Shown here: piece after piece, positions 11,719-22,576 of the stretch
Numbering within the stretch: the stretch's first letter is position 1
Layout: every line of letters begins with the position of its first letter
NCBI GenBank assembly: GCA_037447605.1
Contig: CM074805.1
Span: forward strand, 2,327,361-2,391,360
Length of the DNA: 64,000 bases
Origin: Zygnema circumcarinatum SAG 698-1b
Taxonomy: Eukaryota > Plantae > Zygnematophyceae
Direction of reading: 5' to 3'
Made by a program: the position numbers and the translations under genes
The notes under the pieces: generated by a model
Database searches by the model: none
What the model was told of the DNA's origin: nothing
The model's input: only the letters and a program-made list of their open reading frames with translations

Positions 11719-12353
11719 ATGGGTAGCTCATCTGATTCAAACATGATGATGCACATGTCTTTTTACTGGGGCAAGGACGTGACTGTCCTTGTGAGTTCAT
11801 GGACGACATCAAGCACGGGACAATACATTGCGGCCGTCGTGGCCACGATCATCTTTTGTGTACTTCATGAGTTTATGACTACATTGCGAGTTGGCTTCGT
11901 GGCAAATTCGATGTCCCATTCTCCGAAGACCATTGAAACACCTGAGAATACAAAAGTTCCACTGTAAGCATCGAAGTTTCTCGTTCACATTCTAAGGTTT
12001 CAGCAGCTGGTTGGTTATGCTCAGCTATCTCAGAGATTTCTATTGTCGGACTTCTTGTCAGTGTGCGTCGAAATCCGTTACCTATTAATGGTTCTGACCT
12101 GGGCTTTCTTGGGGTGGCTGACGGTCGCAGGTTGCAGCGTCTTACAGGGCCAGCCTCCTTGGGAAACAAGGCCATTGGAGCATTTCTGTACGGCATAAAC
12201 GTTGCAGCAGCATATATCATCATGCTGGTGGTGATGACCTTCAATCTGGGTCTCTTCATTTCAGTCGTAGTAGGCCTTACTGTCGGGTTCTTCCTTTTTG
12301 GGTACGGAAGGTGCACGCCTAGTGCCTCTGCTGAGCTCTGTTGCCCGATGTGA
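11719..12353 (+). CDS. COPT: Ctr/COPT-family high-affinity copper transporter (2 exons: 11719-11963, 12062-12353)
   Basis: Met-rich N-terminus MMMHMSFYWG, TM2 motif MLVVM-TFN (MxxxM), GLTVGFFLF in TM3 and a C-terminal CC (ELCCPM*). The GT-AG intron 11964-12061 restores the frame. Confidence 0.93.
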
Positions 12354-12968
12354 GGCAGTCCGTAAATGTCGGGGTGTTAACTCCAGTGGAGAGTATAAAG
12401 CACGCTGAAAGGGTCCGGGTTTCCGCCTCTTACAATGTTTTGCAGAACCTTTTTCCCCCCTTGTAGGGTTGCTAGGAAGTGGCGGAGCGTGTCTTTTTGA
12501 AGTACATGTGGAATCAACCAGAGTTGGAATCTGGGTATTGTATAGATGTCGATACTGAGGAAATAAACATGGCTATTATTTCTTTTTTTGAACATTGACT
12601 TGAGCGTGAGCAGAAGTTAATTAAGTTCAACTTAACCCATGTTTTCAATCTTCAGACGGTGCCTTCATTGCTCGCACGTAAGCTAAGTTGCACGACCAAT
12701 CATGTACGTTGTTGCGATCGCAGACATGGCTTCACACCTGTCTTAGTATGCAGAGACAGAATGAATGAATGGGGGAGCATGTGGAGGCATGCGTGCTAAC
12801 CTAACGTGCCTACCATGAAGTTCTGTTCCGTCCCGTTCTTAGACGAGGGCAGGTCGAACCGCGCGACTGCAATGACAGAGATTTGCAGCTTTCCCAGTTT
12901 TGCGGTCAGTTTTAAAGAATGACAAAAGCTCATGGATTGATCTCACCGATTTAGAATCAGTCCTGATT

Positions 12969-13052
12969 TGTGGCATTGATCTCATTTCACGATGGCGATG
13001 CCATCAAATGTACATGGACAGAACTGGTCGCAAAGGACCTAAGCACAAAAGA
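12969..13052 (+). repeat. Copy 1 of a ~85-bp dispersed repeat
   Basis: TGTGGCATTGATCTCA..CGATGGCGATGCCATCAAATG.ACATGGACA..GAAC.GGTCGC.AAGGACCT recurs at 57563-57643 (+) and 63151-63223 (-). Confidence 0.75.
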
Positions 13053-14523
13053 GAAAACCTTGGAGCTGAAAGCTACGCCTAGGCTCAATAACACTTCAAG
13101 CCCTAGTTCTATGGCCTGCTAAGCGGCGCAACTTTGCTGCTAACGCCAATGAGAAAGTGCCACGTGGCGTCTAGTGGCACATTGTGAAATCCAACAGTTA
13201 TGGATGACATGAGGGAGTTGGACGACGTCAGCAAAAGTTGTTGGAAAAAGCTGGGCCATGAAAAGTTGGCCAGCTGGCTGGTTAACCGGTTTATAGGCAT
13301 GCGAAAGACTCGCGTGGCTGATCAAGTCTGACTTCGACCTGTTCTCCTACTGCGTCCGCGAGTACGAATCTAACCGAACCTGGTTCCGAAGCTGTGGTCG
13401 CAAAGGTCGGCTCCATCGGACGGCGGTGAGCCTCTGCCGAGCCACGACCTCGATGTCCAAAATAGTTTCACGCTCAGTTTCCGAACCGACGTGTTCAAGT
13501 CCGATACGGTGAAGCTTCGAGGCTCCGAAGATACGATACGATGCGATATATCGATACGATGGGAGCACCTTGGCCAGTTCGGGAAGCGAGGCGGGTCGAA
13601 AGCGAAGGCGAAAGGCCCTGGCGGGGTCCTCCGGGAAGGTCCATAGGAGGCGCTGTGGCGGTGCTGCGCGGGTGGCTGGTGGCTCTGCGCGGCATACTTT
13701 GGCACTGGCAGGAGGTGTATGTGAGACGCGCACACGCAAAATCATATTATGCATCATGTTTTTTTTCATAATGTTCGTGCTGGCACTATGACATGCGACA
13801 TATCCTGAATTTGGAAAGATCAATGTGACTGCATGCAATGTGTAACTAGCAGCATTTTGCGTGCGTTTTTAGGCTAGTCATCTTTGGTAGTCCATCAACC
13901 ATCTGACGTCTCTTCTTTTCATTTTTGGTGGAAAAAAATGGAAATATTTCGGCGCCAGCATGGCTCACATGTTCGATCCCGTGACTGAATAGAAGTGTTA
14001 GCTGCCTGAGAAGTAGTGAAGATATCTTTCTTCTCTTCAAATGCAATTTCGCATTCAATGCGATAATCACTCGTGAAGCTCCTCTGCCTGCCGGAAGACC
14101 AACAAAGTATTTCCTGCAGTAGTCACAGCTGCAGTAAATGTTTTCCGTACCGTTCTATTTTGCTGCAGTGCATGTTCTCTAACCAGGAACCTCCTGCTAC
14201 AGCTACAGCTACTCCTATAACTATTTCGCTCAGACAGGGAAAGTCCCTCTAAGGATGCCTATAACAGGACCACAGTGTACAGCTGACTGCAAACTCTCCT
14301 TGTTTATCGTTATTGGGGAGGTAAGTCTGCAACAAATGCATGAAATGGAGCTTTTTGGTACATGCCGGCTCACGCAGTATTGCGTGACTGCCGGAAGCAA
14401 ACCCGACTGCACCGGTAATCGACGCCTGCCTCTTAAGGTCATGCGAAGGTTTCTGTACAAGTTACTTTGAGGTGCTTCTCGAGCGGCATTTCCTACTATG
14501 AATTCTGCTGTCTGAATGTGCAA

Positions 14524-17500
14524 CTAATAGCCTGCGTACAGTGGAACTCCATCTCCCTCTCTCTGCGACGGTGGTTGGCTGCGGACCATGCGCGCGGGCC
14601 AGCCCTGCCAAATGCTGTGGGCATCGACCAAGTCTCCCGACAGCACCAGTGTGTGCTCGAGCAGCATCGAGTACTCCTCCATGGCTGCTCCAGAAAGAAG
14701 TCTCGAGTTTGTACGAAGGGTCGCTCCCCTTCCTACTCGTAGGCGATTCAAAGAAAACTGCATCAGACAAGCATTGAAGTTCATCAGTCCCTGCTGAACA
14801 TTGCATACACACTTCAGAATGCCATGTACATTCTGGGACTTGTTTGTTTACTCGTTTCATGTGGTGGCTTAGGCCATTCCTTTAGTTGTTTCACTCTGAG
14901 GACAGTCTCCTTGGATCGGGCAAAAGGGCATTGAGGCAGGTATTATTCACTCTTAGAGCTGTTTACCTCTCCCCTGCTGTTGATGTGCGCGACAAGGCTC
15001 GCGTCGTCGACCGCGACCTCGTCCTCGAGCGTGACCAGGTCCGGCTCGGTCATCATGGGGTCGCCGGAGTTGGGGTAAAGGCAGACGTCCTTCCCAATGT
15101 GGCAGCCGAGCGCGCGGAAGTACCACACAAGGTACGCGCTGCCAAACAGAAAGGACAGCGGGCCCTTCCCGCCCACCCCCGTCGACCGCAGCCCCTCGAT
15201 GCGCCGCATCACTTGCCATCTCTGCACCCGTCAGACATCCTTGAATGCAATGATTAGTGCGGAGGCACCTAGACTGGTGCAACGATGCTGCTTAGTTTAT
15301 TGCTAGCAGTCAGCGTGGATGATTGGGTAGCTTTGTTTCTGCACCTGGTTGTAGGACGACTCATCCCACGGGTATCGTCCCTCTGTGCGCCTCCCAATGA
15401 TGAGCCATTTTGCTGCCATAGCCAAAAGCCCCTTGCATGGTTCAACCACATGGTTGACCCGAAGGCCGATGCAATGGCTTGCCAACGAAATTAGTGAGGA
15501 CTAAAAAGTTAGGGACCTTACCTACGACGACAATTGATAGTGCAGTGATTGCCACCAACACGACTGCTGATATACCGATCACCAACATCATGGCATATAT
15601 GTTCAACAACCTGGTGGCTGCATGAGTGAAAAACCAGAAATATGATTTAGTAATATGATTTGAAAAATCGAAATGGAAAGCAATATGCAGGAACAGGTGC
15701 ATATTCAGGGTCCAGTCTGCTCACAATGATTCCCCCAAGTTTGATCCTTGAGCCAGGGATCAGCCCAGTGTACTGTGAGACCGAGCACCATGAGGATGGG
15801 GATGCCGTGGAATGCAGAGACGAGTACGGACATGGCCATGGCGAACGCCACGTGCATCCCCATGGGCCACGCCCAGTAGTTCTTGGCCTTGCGCTCAAAC
15901 ATGGCGCGCGCGTACGGCGTGGCGGTCGGAGCACTCTCCGCCGCAGGATGGCCTTCGTCCCACAGCGTGGCGTTGCCTTTGGACGACCCCACCCACGTGG
16001 ACCCTGCAGGGAAGCTCATGCCTCGCGCTGCATGCACACAATGCAAGAACAGGTTAGATAAAGCAAACCATTCTGCACAAACATCGCTGTCACCTCTCCA
16101 TTTTGTTCACGAAAAAATGGTGTGCACGGACCTGCAAGTGTGCCGGAGCCAAGTGTAGCATTTCGTCCAACAGTCACGCCGGGAAGGATAACGCATCTGT
16201 CGGCCACCATGCAGCCGGACTCCAGCTTAACAGGGGCTGCACTTCTTGCATCGCAGCACATGACTTCTGATCGGGAGCCGAATACAACATCATCGCCAAC
16301 TTCGAGTAGATCAAACTCCTCGATGTATACGCCCGAGCCCGGCCAATACACATGCTTCCCGACCTGCAGGATACCCAAATGTGTAAGTTGTACTTTACCG
16401 TCCAATAATATGCACAGGGACAATGCGAGCCCTTACAAGGGCTGTTCTACCCTTTTCAAGCTTATAGAATAAGTGCACACCTTCGCTCCCAGGAGTCGGT
16501 AAATGAAGCTGATGACACCGAAATTGGGTCCAACCAGCCCTGCCACTCCTCCGAGGTCGCGGCTTGGCATGAGTTGCTTCATAAGCCACAGTCGTATGAG
16601 GTTCCATTGTGTCCGATCACGCGGACCTGGCTTTATTTTTCCCACCACATTTCGCTTGATCAATATGACATACACTAGGTACAACACCGGGCACACGCAG
16701 TCGCGGACGACCTTGAGCATAAGGAAGAGAGGCAGGCGTTCAGGAGCCCCAAACCATAGAATGAGCTGCTCCTGACTGATGGCATGCAGAAACTGCGGCA
16801 GGCTGACGTATAGAAAGAGGCACGCGACCCAGGGCGCTATCCGCACCACCTTCCCCACAAGCACGATGGGATAGCCGACGAAGAGCAGCATCGGCCAGTG
16901 CGGCGAGGGGAAGCCCACTCGGCAGTAGTCGCGGTAGCGGGGGTCCGCGTCGAGGCTCTCGTAGGAGGAGGAGCACGGCGGCAGGCAGGTCCGGTCCGGC
17001 AGGGCGGTGCCCGGGGCGAGGGTCGTCTTCTGGCAGACGACGCAGTCCCGCCCGACGGCGACGGCGCGCAGCACCATGGAGCCGCGGTCGAGGCAGAAGG
17101 GCCGCAGCACGGCGTGGTCCACCCACGCGTTGTCGCCGATCGTGATCAGGTCCCACTCCCCGAGTTTCGCGCGCTCGTGCAGGAGGACGTTGCGCCCGAT
17201 CTTCGCTCCCAGCAGCCGGTAATACCAGATGTGCCCGTTCTTCCAGTACCGGAACATGCCCAGGTGGCAGATGTGCAAGATCTGCCGGACCAAAAACCAC
17301 CGCAGGTAGTAGTGTCCCCAAAGGGGATATCGACCGGCCTTGAATCGACCGATTATGATCCATTTAAAGGCGATACCGATAAGTGGCATGACAATGTCTG
17401 CACTGACCTTGATCATCAAAATGGCAACAAGTAGTTCTGGAATCCCCAAGTACGGAGCATAATGAACTATAACGACTCCTCTCCTTGTCACATGGGTGGT

Positions 17501-20175
17501 AACCGACCAGTTCTCCCGTAGAATGTGCAGGTAGAAAATGTAGAGCTGCCAGAGAGAAACACGGGAAATTGGGTACAGTAAAACGAGAGGAATGAGCTGG
17601 ATAAGCAGTGTTGTGGGAGAAGTCGAGCTCTTCGGTCGGCAGGCTGCGATCTCCGCCTCATCATCATCAAATACCTTCTCAAACCCCGACTCAATGTCTC
17701 CCTGCATTCCAGCATAGGACGGATCGTCGGACTTATGTTTGGCTGCATTGGCATCCAACAGCCCTGTGATCATCTCTCCCATCTCCCCCACAGTGCGGTG
17801 CTGGAAAACGATCCCTGCGGGGAGGGCGAGGCCCAGCTGCCGCCGCAAGTGGGCCACCATGCGGCCCGCCGCGAGAGAGGAGCCGCCGAGTTCGAAGAAG
17901 TCGGCGTCCCTCCCGATGTCCCGCAGCGGCACGCTCAGGACCTGACTCCACGCGGCGGCCACCGCGAGCTCCGCGGGACTGGCCAGCGTGTCCTTGGGCC
18001 GCACCGCCTCCTGCGGCAGCGCGCTCAGATCGACCGTCCCGTCCTTCAGGCGGGGCAGCACGCGGCCCGCAGCGGCGGCGGTGGGGCCCACCACCACCAC
18101 ACTCCGCGGCCGCACATACGCGTTCAGCTCTCCGCGCACCATCTCGAGAAGGGCCTTGCCGTCCTGCTCGCTCCACGCCTTCTCGTCTTTGGGCACCACA
18201 CACGCGACTGCATTGCCGCGCATGTAGCCAATGCCTGCGTCAAGCAGGCGGCCTTTGCCGGCCGCCTTGGAGAGACTCTCCTCGGCGGCGAGGAGTTCGT
18301 CCTGCAGGCCGATGGGCAGCATGAGGATGGGCACTGTGAGGGGCGAGCCCTTGGGGGGGCAGGCGGCTTCATAGAGGCGGGCGGTTTGCGGCTGCGAGTC
18401 GTCCACTGCCGCCATGGCGAGCCGCTCCGCGAGCTTCACGCGCTGCACTTTGTTGGCGGCGCCGGTCGGGACCGCGTCCATGTACACCGCCACCACGGGC
18501 CACTTGGCGGGATGCAGCCGCTCGCCCACAAAGCGATGCAGCTCTTGCAGGTCCACTCGGGGATACCCCGCGTGTATCACCAGGACCACTCCCACCACCT
18601 CCTGCACCCGCCACCCTTCCACTCTGCTCAGACCACGGCTCAAGCGGGAAAGAGGGCTCTACGAGACTGACTCTCTACACTCTCTCACCCTCGGAGATGA
18701 GAATTCAAAGGGGCTTTGGATCGAAGAGGCACAAAAGGGGGCTCACCTGCAGCACGTCATGCGGAGCTGAGNNNNNNNNNNAGGCCCTGCAGGGCACTGT
18801 GGCCCCTCCGGCGAGGACGGGGGCGAGCAGGTTGCGCACTATCCCGCCCACATGGAACAGCGGCATCATGTTCAGCCCGACGTCGTCCGCGCGGAGACCC
18901 CACGAGCTCACCACGAGAGCCGCTCCGATGGCGAGATTCTCCACCGTGTACGTGACCACCTTCTTCTTGCCGCTCGTGCCGGACGTGTGCAGGACCATGG
19001 CCACCTCCGCGCGGGCGAGGGGCGCCCTCGGGAGGGGCCCCACGCCGGAGCGGGTCCCGGTCCCGCGCATGTGGACGACGACGGCCCGCGGCCGCCTCGC
19101 GCAGCGCAGCGAGAACAGCCCGCAGACCGCCGCGCTGGGCAGCAGCTCCACCACGCGCAGCCCGCCCGCCTCCAGGGCCTCCCGCAGCCCGCCCTTCAGC
19201 TCGCTCGCCGCCATTGTGTCGCCCCCCCCCACCACCACCGTGCTCACTCCCACGCTCTTCAGCTCGCTCACTATCTCCTCCTCCGTGTTCTGCACACAGC
19301 CAAGGAGGAGAGTCATCATTCTATTACGACTGACTAAAATGGGATCCTGCGCCGTCACTACATCCATGGAATGTTTACTTTTCTTCTTCTTCTTTTTTCC
19401 CTTTTCATTTTTTGGGGCCGAGGGAATTGCAAACTCTTTTCGCAATTCCTTTGTGATGGGGAGCGTTCTTTCACCTGCGGGTTGACAGGCGCGCAGGCGA
19501 TCGAGTTGATGCAGGCCACGATGCAGACCGCCATCTCCGGCCCCCCCGGCAGCACGAGGCCGAGGCGCGTCCCCGCCGCCACGCCCAGCGCGTCCAGGCC
19601 CTGCGCCGCGACCACCCGCCCGCCCGCTCAGCGCCCCTCCCTCCCTCCCTCCCTCCCTCCCCCGCCCGCCGCCGCTGCCACTGCGCGCGTGTCTGAACGG
19701 ACCTGCGGGAACTCCACGGCTGCCACGTAGGCGAGCTGCGCGTGGCTGAGAGGCTGCCGCTGGTCGGCGGCCATTATGGCCGCGCCGCTACTGCCACTCC
19801 CCGGCAGGAGGTCCGCCATGCACTCGAACTGCACCCGCCCGCACGCAGCCGGACTGAGGGAGCGACCTTGAATTGGGCAGAGAATGGGATTGAGGTGAAG
19901 GCAGTTGCTTCGCATTCGGCTGTCTTCCTCACTTCGAGATGGCTCTTCACGAAGGCTCCTGAAAACCCATTGCTGGCGATCTGGGAGCAAAACTCCTCCG
20001 ATATGGGCACCCCCCGCCATGGCTTGCTGCTGGAGAAGCGCCGCAAGAGCTTTGAGGGCGTGCGAGGAGTGGCCAGGCGCGGCGTGCCGCCACGTGGGCT
20101 CTGCCACGCGCCCGCCTTCAGCTCGCTCAGCGTGTGGTACGCCCCGGGAGAGGCTGCGCCCGTCGGGAACTCCAT
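14524..20175 (-). CDS. Pls-like (epsilon-poly-L-lysine synthetase architecture) membrane-bound single-module NRPS-like enzyme: A - T - 3x(2TM + left-handed beta-helix)
   Basis: Exons (minus strand): 20175-19933 (least certain), 19828-19703, 19600-19475, 19289-gap-18747, 18601-16481, 16363-16132, 16027-15725, 15617-15526, 15431-15345, 15221-14967, 14757-14524. All checked junctions are GT-AG and keep the frame. Motifs: A3 HTSGTSGKKK, MPLFHVGG, A10 NKVQR; T domain DFFELGGSSL (Ser codon 17876-17878); three repeats of Y.R.LG..[IV]G (YYRLLGAKIGRNV, IYRLLGAKVGKHV, YFRALGCHIGKDV) with hexapeptide periodicity, each preceded by hydrophobic helices and (K)W.IIG or ..VVG; ends QGWPA. Confidence 0.88.
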
Positions 20176-20204
20176 GGCGGCACGTGTCGCGTCGTGCCGC
20201 GCCT

Positions 20205-20435
20205 TCCTCCCCTCCCTCCCCTCCTCCCCTCCCTTCCCTCCCTCCCCTCCCTCCCCTCACCTCCTCCCTCCCCTTCCTCCCCTCCCTCCCCTCCCCTCCT
20301 CCCTCTTCTTCCTCCCCTCCCTCCCCTCCCTCCCCTTNNNNNNNNNNCCTCCCTCCCCTGCCTCCCCTCCCTCCCCTCCCTCACTCCCCTCACTCCCGTC
20401 CCTCCCTCTCTTCCTCCCTCTCTCTCTCCCTCTCT
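20205..20435. repeat. C/T-rich low-complexity tract (CCCT)n with an N gap, upstream of the NRPS-like gene
   Basis: Seen directly; it generates several spurious Pro/Ser/Leu or Gly/Arg ORFs. Confidence 0.9.
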
Positions 20436-22576
20436 CCCTTTGGACCCAAATTGAGTTATTGTTTTTGTTCCCGTTGCGGGCGACATCGGACACTTCATTC
20501 ATTAAGATACACCGACATTCTCAAAATCGTGTTTTGTCGAAAGTGACGTTTCTGACCAATAGGCGTCGCGGTTTTGAGCCGAATCTATCGTTCGTGATTG
20601 GCTGGATCTGGCCTCTGGGCGGTAAGCTTGTCGTTTGGCATGTCGCCGCGGCATCTCGCTGACGGCCGGCGATAAATGCCGGCCGTCAAGGTTTTGCCGG
20701 CGTTCCTTCAAATAGAAATTTTGCCGGTCACTACCGATACGACGGCGATATGGCGATATGGCGATATGTTGCAAAATGTGACTTTTTGAGGTAAAACTTC
20801 GTACAGTTCCCATTGCCGTCGGTGGATACGCGCAATCATTGAGGATCAATAGTACCAATCACTAATTGCCATGTGGCATATTTTGACACGTGGAATCGGC
20901 ACAATTTGTCGGCTCTCATCATGAACCGGCGAGATTCTGTCGGCCCGTCCACAGTGACACGTGACAGGGTGGCTAACGGCTCTGCTGTAACAGCCTGAAG
21001 GTGATGTACGAAATATCGGTTCTGCTGTGATATCCTGAGCATTGATTGTACGGTCGCGCGTGCAGCATCGCTTGATGGGGCCTCTGTCTCTATGCCTAAA
21101 TCTTGATGTTCCGTTGAAACAGAACTGCCAACGCAGCTGCAAAGGACCGTTTGAGGCTCGCTGGCGTACCCCCGCTGGGTGGTTCCTGGGAGGAGGAGAG
21201 GGGCAGGGGGGCGGGAAAGCCATGGCGCGGAGACGGCTCTGACCGCGGAGGGGGCGTCATGTGCCGTCCATGCAGTGGGGGGTCCCAAGCTTAAAAAACC
21301 CTAAAAACCCTGTTTTGGATGCGAACGAGCGGTACGGTGAGTACGTTTGGGTGCACAACGTTCGTCAAATTGACTTGCGCTTTTCGCACCGTCGACTTGC
21401 AACAGGTTCGGCACAGGTTCCGCAAAACCACCACTATCAGTCATCAGTCACTTTCCCTTTCGCAGTACTGATCGCCCTCAGTTCCTCAACTTTTGTAAAG
21501 TTTGATACCCCCTAATGCAGATTTTCTCAAATGAAATCTACGGATAGCGTCGCCGTTTATGCAGTGTAGAAGAAGCAGTCAATGTTTGCTTTTGCGCTGC
21601 CTGTTGGGATGGATGCAGGGGTCTGTGGCATCCAGTGGGCTGCTGACCTTCTCCACTTTGTGCTATGGCTGTTGTGTGGATTCAAACCAATTCTTTCCTT
21701 CTGCAGCACTTGAATTGTTTGCTGCGGCATGGCGCAAAAGTGAATAATTGATAACGGGGCGCATGTGGTGTCTGCGCCACGCGGTGAAGGCTACAGACCC
21801 TGCCGAAGGAGTCGTTGAACACTTACCAGCATCGCTCTGTTGGCCAAGTCGAATTGATAGTGTTAGTTCCCTTTGCAGACGTTTCCTCACTCTCTCTTCC
21901 GACAGCAGCAACTTCATCAGCTGGTTTCCCCTCTGTAGTCAACATTTCAGTCAGAGAGAGCGGCAAACGTAAAAAAGCAAAGAAAACATACAAAGACCAC
22001 ACAAAAATAATTTGGAAAATGCTATGCAACCTAAAACTCCATTAATAATAATCCAGAGGTGGTTTACAAATGATAAGTTAAGCACACAACCTTACCTTAT
22101 CACTTAAACCCTTTCCCTGAAAACCCGAGCTCGAGCTCTCTCAGCTCCCCACCACCTCCACTCAACTCAAGAGTTGACTGCACAAGTGTAGACAGAAGTG
22201 GTAAATTTTACGCTTAGCCCTAGCCTCCTATTTAAGCTTATGCGCCGCAAGGAGCTGCAGCTTCTTATTCTCCAACGATCTACCGCTCCATTATCATCCC
22301 TTGTTTGTCGGTCCATGTTCGCCGCTGCCTGCCCGCCCTGGCTCCTGTCCTTTCGCTTGCAGGCTGCTCGCCTAAGCATGTCCGTCTCTGTGACTCTCTC
22401 TCCCGCTCTCTCTCCCCTAGACCGATGGGGCCTCTTACCTGCAGCCCTTACTTGCATCGCGCCTCTTACCGCCACGTTGCGGCCCCGGATTGGCTGCCCC
22501 TTCAGCCCAACCAACCGGGGTGGCATCTCGCGCCTGTAGGCCCTCGGAATAAGCGCACAATATTAGATAGCATATA

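Noticed and set aside
14524-20175. Idea that the NRPS-like gene is bacterial or fungal contamination, or that high GC alone proves HGT
   Set aside because: It has host-like introns and shares a gap-free contig with the plant-type COPT. GC-rich exons also occur in host genes such as MLH1, so composition is not diagnostic.
19742-20662. Several 100-300 aa Pro/Ser/Leu or Gly/Arg ORFs
   Set aside because: Artefacts of the (CCCT)n tract and an N gap.
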